Origin: Octopus vulgaris
Taxonomy: Eukaryota
Length of the DNA stretch: 64,000 nt
Direction: 5' to 3'
Assembly: GCA_951406725.2 (NCBI GenBank)
Contig: OX597821.1
Location: 57,412,001 to 57,476,000 of the forward strand
Positions 1 through 13,040 of this stretch are shown here, in pieces. The notes beneath the pieces are model-generated. The model was not told where the DNA came from and did not search any database. It was given only the letters and a program-made list of their open reading frames with translations. The first letter of the stretch is position 1. Each line of letters starts with the position of its first letter. The position numbers and the translations under genes were made by a program.

Positions 1-643
1 GGTTGAGTCGATTGCATCGACCCCAGTGGATGGAATTTATAAATATTTTAATGCATCGCTACGCGCGTTTCCACATGTCACATTATTCTTATGATCATAG
101 TCTGTATTCCTGTGATGATTACCGTACAGACCGTAGTCTCCATGGATATTGGCTAAATCCTGTTCGTTCGATATGGCACTTACGGATGTTTAACTGAGGG
201 TTGTTTATCAATTTTGATCAATGAAAAGGTTGATTGAGGTATGTGGACATATATAAAGAGTGTGTAGTCATGTTGGACTTATTTTCATATTTGAATTCGC
301 AGATGTCAGGATAGGTAGTATAGTTCTTTAGTTTGTATGTATATGTATGTACGTGTATATGTCTTATGTATGTATAAATAAATGGAGTTAAACGCAGGTG
401 TTATTCAAATTCTTTTACTTCCGACATATGTTTCAACCCGGAGTTTCTACCTTTGCAAACAGGGTGTTATGCCCTTACTACATGTAGCATTTTTTGCTGT
501 CCTGTTAACTGTTTATTTATTTTTCCGTGTTAATTGTAAACAAAGGGGAAAATACACACACCCATTTATATTTATGTATGTATTATTGTAAACGAAAACA
601 AAAATCTGTATTTACATCCAAATACATACTCACATAATGTAAT

Positions 644-780
644 GTGACTGTGTGATAGGAAGTTTGCTTCCCAAACCAATGCTTCTACGTGGCACTTTTG
701 GTAAGTTTTGTACTTTAATCCCGGGCCGACTAAAGCCTTGTGATAGGTTTTGATAGACAAAAACTGAAAGAAGCCCGTCG
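644..780 (+). mobile_element. SINE family A, 5' half, diverged
   Basis: Matches the family-A 5' module (...gggccgactaaagccttgtga...aaactgaaagaagcccgtcg) seen in many copies in the window; ends at a (TA)n tract. Confidence 0.75.
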
Positions 781-803
781 TATATATATATGTATGCGAG
801 TTA

Positions 804-1033
804 AGGCGGCGAGTTGGCAGAACCGTTAGCACGCCGGGCGAAATGCGTAGCCGTATTTCGTCTGCCGTTACGTTCTGAGTTCAAATTCCGCAGTGGTCGA
901 CTTTGCCTTTCATCCTTTCGGGGTCGATAAATTAAGTACCAGTTACGCGCTGGGGTCGATGTAATCGACTTAATCCGTTTGTCTGTCCTTGTTTGTCCCC
1001 TCTATGTTTAGCCCCTTGTGGGCAGCAAAGAAA
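804..1033 (+). mobile_element. SINE family B monomer with tRNA-like head
   Basis: ggcggcgagttggcagaaccgttagcacgccggg head, B-box-like gagttcaaattcc, central gcctttcatcctttcggggtcgataaattaagtacc, tail agccccttgtgggcagcaaagaaata; more than 10 homologues in the window. Confidence 0.85.
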
Positions 1034-1092
1034 TATATATGTGTGTGTGTGTGACAGGGAGAGAGAGAGAGAAATAGTGTGTTTGTGTGTGT

Positions 1093-1128
<36 letters not shown>

Positions 1129-1724
1129 ATATATATATATATATATACAGACTGACATATAATTCATTGAGTCAGTTCAGTTTACTTTTACACTGCAGAG
1201 TAGTTTCCTGTAGCTTTCTTGATGTCAGACCTATTCGTTGGACAGAATAAACTGGATAAGAAAAAGAGACAATCTTCTGCACCGGAGATGGACGGGAGTA
1301 TATAAGTAGTTGAACGATATACAGAAGATACACGGAAGCGTAAGATTAACTGACCACCTGCTGGTATTACAATAGAAACTGGCATTAGCCATAAGTCAGC
1401 AAAAGAAAGAAGAAAGGAAAAGAGGAAATGTAGAAAAAGGAAAGAAAAGTGGAGTGAGATGCTAAATGGAATAACTGAAGTGGCAATGCCGTTTCTGCTT
1501 TTAGAAAATTACTTCCAGGAGTGGTGGAGGGGAAGGTAGATCAGTGAGACGATGGCTGGTGTCCAATAGATTGGATAGTGAAAATGGTAAAATGATGAAA
1601 AGCGATGCGGTGGGAGGGAGAATACATGATGATGGTAACTACAGTACTGAGAAATAAATGAAACCAGGATCGAGTATCAAATAGCAAACATCAGATTCAA
1701 ACTATCAGGACTAAAAATGTTAAC

Positions 1725-2038
1725 TGGGTCTCCATTGGTTAAGTTGACGAGGGTTCCAGTCGATCCGATCGATGGAACAGCCTGCTCGGAAAGTTAGCAC
1801 GCAGGTGACTGAGCACTCTACAGGCACACATACCCTCGGGGATGTTCAGTGTGACACAGAATGTGACAAGGCTGGCCCTTTGAAATACAGGTTCAACTCA
1901 TTTTTGCTTGCTGAGTGGACTGGAGCAACGGGAAAAATAAAGCGCCTGGCTGCTCAAGGACACAACGTATCCCCAGGAATCGAACTCACGACCTTTAGAT
2001 CGTGAGCCGAATGCCCTAACCACTAAGCTACGCGCCTG
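1725..2038 (-). mobile_element. SINE family C, full length
   Basis: Minus strand: ggcgcgtagcttagtggttagggcattcggctcacgatc...gagttcgattcc (A/B boxes), then ccttgagca...ccagtccactcagc; homologues at 4670, 26230, 38728, 43217 and 52868. Confidence 0.85.
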
Positions 2039-2423
2039 CACAAAAAAATATGTAATACCATGAGTACACCACAAAGTTTGGGGTGTGAAGTCTTTGGGCA
2101 CACTTTTAGCACCACGGAGATACACAAATTCTTTGTGACAGAGGCTTTGAGACAATTTGACAGCCTATTTGGGGCAGCTGATTCAACGCTGACTTTCTTG
2201 ACACGAGATGTTTTCATGTTTGTTTTGTTCTCTCTCTCACTCTCTATTCCTTCCTTACTTCCTTCTTCCCCTCCCTCCCTTTCCTTCCCTAAAGAGTACA
2301 ACTACCAATGATCCTCATACCATGATCAATGAGAGGCACCACGATCAAACTCTTCCGTGTTTTCAAAAAAAAAACTTCATAGATTTGGTAAAACACTTGA
2401 GGATTATAACTTGCCCTGGCCAT

Positions 2424-2681
2424 CAAGCCTTCTGAGTAGATTTGGTAGACGGAAACTGGAAGAAGCCCGTCGTATATGTATATGTATGTTTCAGTTCGTG
2501 TTTGTACCCCCAACATCGCTTGACAACCGATGCTGGTGTGTTTACATCCCTGTAACTTAGCGATTCGGCCAAAGAGACCGATAAAATTCTAGGCTTACAA
2601 AGAATAAGCTCTGGGGTCGATTTGCTCGACTAAAGGCGGTGCTCCAGCATAGCCGCAGTCAAATGACTGAACAAGGAAAAG
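2424..2681 (+). mobile_element. SINE family A, 5'-truncated
   Basis: gatttggtagacggaaactg...[TA/TG tract]...catcgcttgacaaccgatgctggtgtg...gctccagcatagccgcagtcaaatgactgaa. Confidence 0.8.
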
Positions 2682-3056
2682 TTGACTCATTCAATATCCG
2701 AATAAGATTTACAGAAAAAATGAGGGCTTAAATCTAATGAAGTTGTCTTATATTTATACTGGGCAGTATAATGCTTACTTTTTCTGTATAAACGTACTAA
2801 AATGGTTAACCACATTTTGAAGTAGTTAACCATTAAATGGTTAACTACTTTTTGAAGTCTAACGTTCATGCTGGTAATCACTTCATATTTTACTCGGTGG
2901 AGTAAAGTGTCATCCAAGCTGATGTTTATTGGTAATTAAGCTTAATGCGCAACACCTGTGCGTATTTATCAATTTTTGTTGATAATTCTTATCCTGAGAT
3001 CGTGATTTTAGAAAACATACAGCAGTATGCAAAAGATGGGACATAATCACTTGTGA

Positions 3057-4356
3057 ACAAGAAATGTGAAATAAAGTTTATTATAAACAACACACACATT
3101 TTGCAATTTACTAGCTTTTAATGTGATACCTGTTAAACAAAAATTGTGTTTAATCGTTTTCATTAATAAATAGGAATCCAAGTACCTTAAAAAATTCGTA
3201 TTGTACTATTTCTGATGTACAAACATCTTCTAGCGTTTTAGTATTGTTGAGATATGTATGTGTGTGTGTATACACACACACATATATATGTGTCCAAGAT
3301 GCTCTCGGAAGGGTGCATGCGACAGCGGCAGCTGTTGGTCTCCGGATCAATGCTGGCAAAAACCAAAATGATGACGTCTCTGGTCACAGCAGATGAATGG
3401 CAGCCAATCGTTCTCGAGGGCGTGGAGCTGGAGGATGTGGAATCCTTCGTCTACCTGGGTTCAGCGGTGGTTCCAATGGGCCAGGGCGCAGCTGAGGTCG
3501 AGTGTCGCATAGGTCCTGCCAGATCCGCATTCGTGTGCCTCCAGCGGTGCCTGTGGGACAGAAGAGAGATCTCCTCGGTGACCAAAGGGCAAATCTACAA
3601 GGCCGTCGTTCGTACAATCCTCCTCTATGGTTGTGAAACATGGCCTATTAGGGTAGTCGATCAGCGAAGGCTGAAGGTGTTCGACAATGACTGTGTCCTC
3701 CGCATTCTTCTCTGCCGACGCATTGATCAGGTTCCTACAGCCGGTCTTCGTCATCACCTGAATCTCCGGCCCCTCCCTTCGGTGCCTCTACAACGGCGCT
3801 TAAGGTGGTTCGGTCATGCGACCCGGTGTCCATAGGGTGAGCTTATTTGCGATGTCCTCCTCCCACCTCCACTTCCCAGCTGGCGCAAACGTATGGGTGG
3901 GCAGCTGAAGACCTGGGCAACGACAACAAAGGAGGACCTCTCCGAACTCTCAGGTTCGCAAATGGTCGGCCTGCGCAGATGGAACTGCGAATGGCTCGCT
4001 ATCTCCAGTGATCTCGCACAGGACCATCGAGCGTGGGCCGCCATGGTTCGTGATGCCGTTAGGACCAGAGAAGAAGCCGGCTCAACCCACAATGGGTGAA
4101 TGCCGTCACAAGTACAAGTAGGTAAGGACAAGAAATGTGAAATAAAGTTTATTATAAACAACACACACACTTTGTAATTTGCTAGCTTTTTAATGTGATA
4201 CCTGTTAAACAAAAATTGTGTTTAATTGTTTTCATTAATAAATAGAAGTCCAACTACCACAATAAATTCGTACTGCACTATTTCTGATGTACAAACATCT
4301 TCTAGAGTTTTAGTATTGTTGAGATATGTGTGTGTGTGTATACACACACATATATA
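3057..4356. repeat. ~230-bp direct repeat pair (3057-~3288 and 4128-~4356) flanking the RTE insertion
   Basis: Both copies begin acaagaaatgtgaaataaagtttattataaacaacacacac and run colinearly, with scattered substitutions, to gttgagatatgt(gt)n-tatacacacac. Confidence 0.9.
3290..4127 (+). mobile_element. RTE-clade LINE, 5'-truncated, disrupted RT C-terminal region
   Basis: ORFs 3254-3835 and 3893-4099 are one frame broken by a TAG: VESFVYLGS...RIGPARSAF...IYKAVVRTILLYGCETW...RLRWFGHATR...KTW...LAQDHRAW; short caagta-repeat tail. Confidence 0.9.
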
Positions 4357-4392
4357 CACACACACAGACATAGGGTTGAACAAACAGAACAC

Positions 4393-4914
4393 AGTGGAGT
4401 GAGATGCTAAATGGAATAACTGAAGTGGCAATGCCGTTTCTGCTTTTAGAAAATTACTTCCAGGAGTGGTGGAGGGGAAGGTGGATCAGTGAGACGATGG
4501 CTGGTGTCCAATAGATTGGATAGTGAAAATGGTAAAATGATGAAAAGCTATGCGGTGGGAGGGAGAATACGTGATGATGGTAACTACAGTACTGAGAAAT
4601 AAATGAAACCGGGATCGAGTATCAAATAGCAAACATCAGATTCAAACAATCAGGACTAAAAATGTTAACTGGGTCTCCATTGGTTACGTCGACGAGGTTT
4701 CCAGTCGATCCGATCGATGGAACAGCCTGCTCGGAAAGTTAGCACGCAGGTGACTGAGCACTCTACAGGCACACATACCCTCGGGGATGTTCAGTGTGAC
4801 ACATAATGTGACAAGGCTGGCCCTTTGAAATACAGGTTCAACTCATTTTTGCTTGCTGAGAGGACTGGAGCAACAGGAAAAATAAAGCGTCTGGCTGCTC
4901 AAGGTCACAATGTA
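4393..4914. repeat. ~520-bp local duplicate of 1448-1969, including the 3' part of a SINE C, flanked by a ~90-105-bp direct repeat (4287-4394 / 4910-4998)
   Basis: Near-identical, colinear match from agtggagtgagatgctaaatgg to tgctcaagg(a/t)cacaa(c/t)gta. Confidence 0.9.
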
Positions 4915-5404
4915 CAAACATCTAGAGTTTTAGTATTGTTGAGATATGTGTGTGTGTGTGTATACACACACAGACAGGGTTGAACAAACAGAACACAGCA
5001 AATAAAAAAAGTTAGACGAAAGCAGAGCAAACGGGAAACTAGACGAAAACTTAACGGACGGGGTATATAGACAAAGACACAATACACGGAATATTCGCAG
5101 CTGAGTTTTCCTCGTCAGTCAATGAACCAAAATATCATTGTGGCTTCGCGCCATTATCATTGAGACCACTCAATCTTGGAGGCACCAGTGCGGTTATTAA
5201 GCTACTGGGAATAAGGTAGCGAATGCATACTAAGACAGAAACAAACAAGATATTATATAAATACAACGAACGAAGAAATATACATATATAACACGTGGCT
5301 TTACGGCTATATACAACAGAAGAAAAAAAAAGATAATAATAATTATACAAATACCACAAATACTACAGATAGAGCTTTGCAGCTATCAAATGAACTTTAT
5401 ACAT

Positions 5405-5970
5405 ATACGACGGGCTTCTTACTGTTTCCGTTAGCAAATCCACCCACAAGGCTTTGGTCGGCCCAAGGCTATAGTAGAAGACACATGTACAAAGTACCAT
5501 GCTGTGAGTCTGAGCCTGGAACCTTGTAGTCGGGAAGCAAACTTCATGTTACACAGCTACGCTTGCGGCCATTAATGTATTATTAATCGTTAGCACGCCG
5601 GACAAAATGTTGAGCGACATTTCAATCGTCTTTACGTTCTGAGTTCAAATTCTGCCGAGGTTGATATTGCCTTTTATCTTTCAGGGTCAATGAAATAAGT
5701 ACCATTTAAGTACAGGAGACGATGTAATTTCAAATTTCAGGCCTTGTGTCTATAGTAGAATATTGGACTCACCCCTTCCCTAGCAATTTTGGGGATGGGT
5801 TATGTCGATTACACCGATTCCAATGCTCAAGTCGTACTTATTTTATCGACTGCAAAAGGATGAAACGCAAAGTCAGCCGTGACGGAATTTAACCTCAGAA
5901 CGTGAAGACGGACGAAATGCCGCTAAGCGTTCTGCCCGGAGTCCGAACGATTCTGCCTGCTAGCGGCCTT
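5405..5970. mobile_element. Cluster of SINE fragments: A (5405-5570, -), B (5585-5760, +), B (5790-5970, -)
   Basis: Similarity to the family A and B copies elsewhere in the window. Confidence 0.7.
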
Positions 5971-6759
5971 CCTATTGTAGAATATTAATATTGAATGCTT
6001 TAATTTTTGTTCATATTCACACTACCCCACCCGACACACACGCACATACATGCATGTAAAAATAAAAACAAGCATGTTTCAGCCATTGTACTACGACCAT
6101 GCAGGGGTACTGCCTGGAAAACTTTGGTCGAACAAATTCGCTACTGAATTTATTTTAAGTACACTCTTTCTCACACACACACGCAGACACATGTACTTAT
6201 ACTTCTTTATTTGTATGCACATATACATACTGTATATATGCACATACACAGACGCACAAATCGATATATATATATTAAGACAATAAAGACAAGAGTTATT
6301 AATTAATACCCAATTAGAGGCTAGCAGAAGTCGTGATTTACTGTACAACGTAAAAACATGAGGCACTAGTATGTCATGTGTAAACGAATTACTTGAATAA
6401 CGAACAAACGACAACGAGCAATATATTACAAATGAAAATCTACGTAATATAATATTATATTTTATTAATGTTATATTTTATTAATGATCAAAATGCATTC
6501 ATAAATTTCGTAGATATTGATATTGAATGAGATATAAAGGGGAAAAGTTGCTGTCAACCATGTCGACAATCAATTTGGTCGGTATGAAATTTGAAATAAA
6601 CCAAAGTGTATATTGGTACACGTCATTCACACACACACTTATATACAGATATACACACACACACACACACACACTTATATACACACTCATACCCATAAAC
6701 ATACGGACGGACATCTATCTCTTTATCTATCATATAATGTATGTGAGTGTATGTATATA

Positions 6760-7397
6760 GAGCCTTGGCCAAAAGTATTAGGCCACCTCAATATTTTGGG
6801 CTTCTGCTATCTCAATGAAACTCGTGCACATGGTAGATTGTGGTAAATTTCACAATATACATTAGTTTTAATATCTGGTTGACCCTCCTTAAACTGTACT
6901 GTACATATGCAACCAACGTCCAAAATTAACTTATGTTTCCTTGATTATTTCAGAGGTTTATGCTAAAATACGTTATAGTTACGGTTAATAAGCAGTAAAA
7001 TGCCTAAAACAAGGGAGTTGAGTGAGTGTTAGCGTGGTCAAATCGTAGCTCATCATGAAGATGGAATGTCTCAAAGGCAAACTGCTCACAAGATGAAATG
7101 TTCTCGATGTGCGGTGCAAACGGCTCTCAAGCACTTCAAGGAGACAAATGATGTGAAGACTATATAAATAAAAGGTAGAAAAAAAGTTACATCACCTCGT
7201 GATGACAGATCTATCATCCATCAGCCGCTCAGAAACAGAAACGAGGCAAGTATTTCAGAAATATCAACTGTTAGAAGAAGGCTTGTAGAGTACGGTCTGA
7301 AAGGCTGTAAAGCCAGAAAGAAGCCATGGATTTCTGAAGCGAATATGGGCAAACGTCTTCAGTGGACCAAAAATCATTCAAATTGGACCAGTGAATA
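6760..7397 (+). mobile_element. Tc1-like transposon, left end plus N-terminal transposase, truncated
   Basis: TA then (c)agccttggccaaaagtattaggccacc TIR-like start; ATG at 7000 gives MPKTRELSEC*RGQIVAHHEDGMSQRQTA...KGRKKVTSPRDDR...STVRRRL...ARKKPWIS (paired-like HTH). Confidence 0.8.
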
Positions 7398-8560
7398 GTC
7401 TTTCTAGATTATTTTTTTGTGCTCCTACCACTAACAGGGTGGGGTTTGAACTTTTTTGTTTATTTTAAAAATTATTGTCCTCTTCGAGAGGAAAACTTTT
7501 TTTATAGGTTTCCCAGTTTTGTGGGAAACAAATAAAATTTTTTGTGTATTTGTATTAATTTCAACCATGTCGGTTGAAATTATCCATGGAAAATGTGCTC
7601 TTGTAGAGAGCAACGTTGATGTTGGCAGTTGTGCCAACACTGTTTAAAAGTTTTCGGCGGTTGCCGCAATGGCAATCGAAAATATTGATATTCCTGTAGG
7701 TATGCTACAGAAATATTTTAAAAGAATGAAGGAGGAGGGAGGTGATGTTGTGATATCACCCTCCTCCACTGTGTTAGAGATTGAGAAGTGGACCGTAGTG
7801 TTTAAAACCTGTCCACCAGACAGAAGGTTTAAACACTTCGAAAAAGAGATTGAAAAACGCCTATCCCCGATATGGGAGGATAAAGTATATATCGGTCCGT
7901 TTCTCAGGGGAAGAGGTGGCCCGGGGGCATTCCGTGTGTCCCCTGAATTCCAAAGAGGTGATACTCCTGCCGACTTATATGGGACGAAGAACGTCCCGTA
8001 TAAAAGTCAATGAAGTACTACCTGAAGTGGATCCTAAAGAAGTGGTTGCCGCCCTGTTTAACAGGGCAAGCCAAATAAAAATATTACAGATTACATGCTC
8101 CCCCCCTCCTAGAATTGGCTCGGACGGAACATTACGGTATTAATTCAGGAGACACAGGAGGACCTTCAATTCCTTCCTGAAAACGTGCTCGTCGAGGAGA
8201 ATGTAGTCCTTAGCGTACAGGTTGAAGACAGAAAGCCCACCTGATACCAATGCGGAAAAAAGGGCCACATTCGCAGAGAAAAGTTGTCGCAAACACCAGG
8301 AACTTCAAATAACAAATCCCCACCCCTGCAAACACACGAATCCCTACAAATACAAAAAATTCCCACCCCCGTTGTTGCGGTGCCAGTCCCTAAACAAAGC
8401 ATAGAAAAAGCCCAGCCCCATGCACGCAGAAGCCCCTAAAAAAACAAACCCCCCCCCTTGAAAGCTGTGGCACCAACTGAAAACACTGTTTCGTAAAAAA
8501 TTGTTACCTCCACCAGATGATACCATGGAGGTATCAGAGAGTGAATTTATAACAGTACAT
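7398..8560 (+). mobile_element. L1/Tx1-like non-LTR element, 5' region with disrupted gag-like ORF1
   Basis: Frameshifted ORF pieces across 7568-8300 ending in a zinc-knuckle remnant VEDRKPT*YQCGKKGHIRRE (TGA at 8242 replaces the first Cys), followed by a Pro/Lys-rich tail. Confidence 0.6.
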
Positions 8561-8890
8561 TTGACTTCTCAACTACATGGTTCTGGGTTCAGTTACACTG
8601 CGTGACATCTTGAGCAGGTTTCTTCTAGTATAGCCTCGGGCCGACCAAAACTTTGTCAATGGATTTGGTAGACAGAAACAGAAATAAGCCCGTCGTTTTA
8701 TATGTGTGTGCGTGCGTGTGTGTGTGTGTGTGTGTGTGCGTGTGCGTGGCGTGCAATGGCCTAGTGGTTAGGGAAGCGGACTCGCAGTCTCGATTCCCAG
8801 ACCGGGAGTTGTGAGTGTTTATTGAGCGAAAACACCTAAAGCTCCATGCGGCTCCGGAAGGGGTGGGGGGTGAACAACTTTCTCTCACTC
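8560..8890 (+). mobile_element. SINE A 5' half (8560-8700) plus a different tRNA-headed SINE fragment (8746-8890)
   Basis: Family-A module, then ggcgtgcaatggcctagtggttagggaagcggactcgc, a tRNA-like head. Confidence 0.6.
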
Positions 8891-9422
8891 TTTCTTCCAG
8901 TATGTATGAGTCAGATTAGTATATGTTTTGGATAGGGTTTGATTGGTTGAGTATAGTCACGTAACAGGTCTTAGCAATTTTTGTAGGTTCCCGCTACGTT
9001 CATGAGTTAGTATCAAATGACAATGTTTAGCGTCGTAAGTTAAGTCTGACACGGTTTACTGAACAAGTCTAGTGACAGTACCAAACAATGCCCTGAACGT
9101 TTTTTTATTAAGTGTTTGTAAAGAAAGAACACGTAATTAAGTTTAGAATCTTCTGTACGTTTTCTGCTACGTCCGTGCGTTAGTGTCACGTGCAGTATAT
9201 TTTGAGCCTGAAATGAAGGCCGACACGATTGAGTGAACACGTTTAGGTACAATCAAAGCACTCCAAATTTAATCTGTCTGGTGGGAGAGTAGAGAGGAGT
9301 CGTTTGTATGTAGTCCAGTGGATAAAGTTTAAGTCCTCATGTTAAGTGGCAGAAAGAGTTTTGTGAGTGAATAGTTACTTGTGTACGCACTATTAAAGTT
9401 TGTTAAGTCTGGGGTTGTACTT

Positions 9423-9455
<33 letters not shown>

Positions 9456-9461
9456 AGTATA

Positions 9462-9860
9462 TATTCTTTTATTTACTTGTTTCAGTCATTTGACTGTGGT
9501 CATGCTGGAGCACCGCCTTTAGTCGAATAAATTGACCCCGGGACTTATTCTTCGTATGCCTAGTACTTATTCTATCGGTCTGTTGCCGAACCACTGTTAC
9601 GGGGGCGTAAACACACCAACATCGATTGTCAAGTTATGATGGGGGTGGGGACCGAGACACACGAACATATTCATATATATATATATATATATATATGCAA
9701 TGGGCTTCTTTCAGTTTTCGTTTACAAAATCCACCCACAAGGCTTTGGTCGGCTCGAGGTTATAGTAGAAGACACTTACCCTGCCCAAGGTTCCACACAA
9801 TGGAACAGAACCTGGAACCATGATGTTGAGAAGCAAGCTTCTTACCACATATCCATGCCT
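9462..9860 (-). mobile_element. SINE family A, near full length
   Basis: Both conserved halves around an internal (TA)n tract. Confidence 0.85.
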
Positions 9861-10599
9861 ACGTTTATGTAGTCTGTTAAAGTTTGTGAAGTCTGGGTCT
9901 GTATCACATTTTATTTATGTCTCTCCCTCATACATATATGTATATACACACATTTGCGCATTCTTGTACACTTATATTGGTTTATGTATATGTCAATATT
10001 TGAGTTTTATTTTTCTTATTTATCTAGGTGTATAATTCTCTTGTTAATATGTTTGTTTGTATATGGGTACATGGTGACTATGTATTTTCGTATATCTGTA
10101 TATATATGTGTGTGTGTGTATACACATGTGTGTGTGTATAACAAGTGTTTTGATTTACTTAAAATTCATTACGTTTAACTTGATTGCTTGTTTGTAGTTA
10201 ACTTTCAACTTTTACTGTTTTACGTACAAAATCAACACCTATAATTTCCATGAAAATACTTTGATTCGATATCGTAACATATGTATACACACACACATAT
10301 GTATGCATGTGTGTGTATATATATATATATGTGTGTGTGTGTATAATGATAATGAAATTATTGTACATTATTTTATTAGTTTTTTTATGTTTTAAGCTGA
10401 TGGTTTGAAGACTGTGTCGTTGTTTCCAGTCGTTTAATCTTTGTATATAATTGATTCACGTAAAAACGGTTGTTTTCGTTTTTTACTGTCAGTTTGCCTG
10501 GTAAATCATAATTTGTGTTTGTATTTTATTAGTTATTGAATGTGATTAAAAAAATTTTATTTCTCAATTTTTGGTTTAGTTTAACACAGTAGCAGCCAA

Positions 10600-10800
10600 T
10601 TCTTTTATTTGTTTCAGTTATTTGACTGCAGTCATGCTGGAGCACCACCTTTAGTCGAACAAATCGATCCCAGGATTTATTCTTTTTAAGCCCACTACCT
10701 AATCTACCGGCCTCTTTTGTTGAACCGCTAAGTTACGGGGACGTAAAAACACACCAGCATTGGTTGTCAAGCGATGGTGGGGGATCAAACACAGACACAA

Positions 10801-10886
<86 letters not shown>

Positions 10887-10960
10887 GACGGGCTTCTTTC
10901 AGTTTCCGTCTACCAAATCCACTCACAAGGCTTTGATTGGCCCGAGGCTATAGTAGAAGG
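10600..10960 (-). mobile_element. SINE family A, 5'-truncated
   Basis: Both halves around an expanded (CA)n(TA)n tract. Confidence 0.85.
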
Positions 10961-11097
10961 CATTTACAAAGAGGGGACAAACAATGACATACAAACACAA
11001 AGGGTGAAGAAGTTTTAGCGATTAAAAATTACTAATGAAATAACGAATGAAATTATGAACAATGATAATGAAATTATTGTATATATATATACAGATA

Positions 11098-12125
11098 AGT
11101 ATAGGAACGAGAATGAGGCCCAACTATGTGAACCTGTTCGTTGGCTACGTTGAGGCCAAAATATTCTCAAATTTCACTGGTCCCACTCTCGAACTATACG
11201 GCCGTTATATTGACGACTGTATCAGTGCGAACTCACTCTCCCGCGAACATCTTGTCTCCTTCCTCTCTTTTGTCAAATCTTTCCATCCGGCTCTCCACTT
11301 CTGCACTATCTCTGACACATCTGTCTCCTTTCTTGACATTTCAGTCAGCATTCATCACTCCACTCTAACCACCTCCATCCATCCACTACAAACACACAGA
11401 CCCACACTCGTACCTCAACTTCTCCTCCTCCCACCCTAAATACACCAAGCTTTCCATTCCCTATTCCTCCGTCAACACAGGCTCTGCAGTGACGATCATG
11501 ACTTTGAGACTCAGCCTCATCTCATGGCTCGCCACTTCATCCTACGTGGGTATCCCCTCACCATCATCCACACCGCCCTTGCCAGAGCACGTTCTGTGGA
11601 TCGTGCATCTGCTCTCTCCCCTGCACCCATCCCGCCGTCTCCCGTTTCAATCACCTACCACCCCACCACTCTACCTCTCCAAAGCACCATTCTCCGTGCC
11701 TTCCGCGACTCCAGTCATACCCCTTCACTTCGCACATCTTCCCTAACCGATCCCTCCTCTCCTTCAAATGAGCCCACAACATACGAAACCTCTTGGTCCA
11801 CAGCTTCTTTCCTAACTCAACCTCCACACCCGGCTCGTTCCCCTGCTCCCGTCCACGCTGCTGCACTTGCCCTTACCTCTCCAACACTACCCTCCTCACC
11901 GGCACCCATTATCGACGCTATCACATCACCGACTCCTTCACCTGCATTTTTACCAATGTCATCTACTGCATCTCCTGCTCTCTCTACCCTTCTCTATACA
12001 TCGGGCGAAATGGAGGCCACTTGTCTGACCGGTTCGCGGAGCACCTTCGAGACATATGACTCGGCAATGACACCCCGGTCTCGCGCTATTTCCGCTCTAC
12101 TGATCACTCTTTGCAACACCTATAC
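11098..12125 (+). mobile_element. Penelope-like element (Neptune-type) fragment: RT C-terminus plus GIY-YIG endonuclease, frameshifted
   Basis: PNYVNLFVG...YGRYIDD...VSFLDI...HSYLNFSSSHP...RGYP, then Cys motif GSFPCSRPRCCTCPY and GIY-YIG VIYCISCS...LYIG...DRFAEHLRDI; bounded by (TA)n tracts. Confidence 0.9.
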
Positions 12126-12199
12126 ATGTGTGTGAGTGTGTATACATATATATATATATATACACACACATACATATACTCATACACACACACACACAC

Positions 12200-12238
<39 letters not shown>

Positions 12239-12278
12239 TCATATACAGATAGGTGTATGTATAATATATAAATATATA

Positions 12279-12686
12279 GGCGCAGGAGAGGCTGTTTGGT
12301 AAGTAGCTTGCTTACAAACCACATGTTTCCGGGTTCAGTCCCACTGCATGGCACCTTGAGCAAGTGTCTCCCACTATAACCTCGGGCCGATCAAAGCCTT
12401 GTGAGTGGATTTGGTAGACGGAAACTGAAAGAAGCCCGTCGTATATATGTATATATATATATATATATATGTATATATGTACTGTGTGTCTGTGTTTGTC
12501 CCCCTCCCCAACATCGCATGACAACCTATGCTGGTGTGTTTAGGTCGCCATCAGTTAGAGGTTGGGCAAGAGAGACCGATAGAATAAGTACTAGGTTTAC
12601 AAAGAATAAGTCCTTAGGTCGATTTGTTCGACTGAAGGCGGTGCTCCAGCATGGCCACAGTCAAATGACTGAAACAAGTAAAGAGT
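12279..12686 (+). mobile_element. SINE family A, full length
   Basis: ggcgcaggagaggctgtttggtaagtagc head with gggttcagtccc B-box, internal TA tract, tail tgactgaaacaagtaaagag. Confidence 0.9.
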
Positions 12687-12699
12687 ATAATATATATGT

Positions 12700-13040
<341 letters not shown>

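Noticed and set aside
804-900. tRNA-like sequences at SINE heads throughout the window
   Set aside because: They have A/B-box-like motifs but no complete cloverleaf and are always joined to SINE bodies.
2060-2311. 83-aa ORF with an ordinary-looking N-terminal half
   Set aside because: No recognisable motif or splice signals, and the C-terminal half is a CT-rich simple repeat.
8242-8244. TGA at a Cys position of the zinc knuckle as possible selenocysteine
   Set aside because: The ORF has other stops and frameshifts, so a simple nonsense mutation is more parsimonious.
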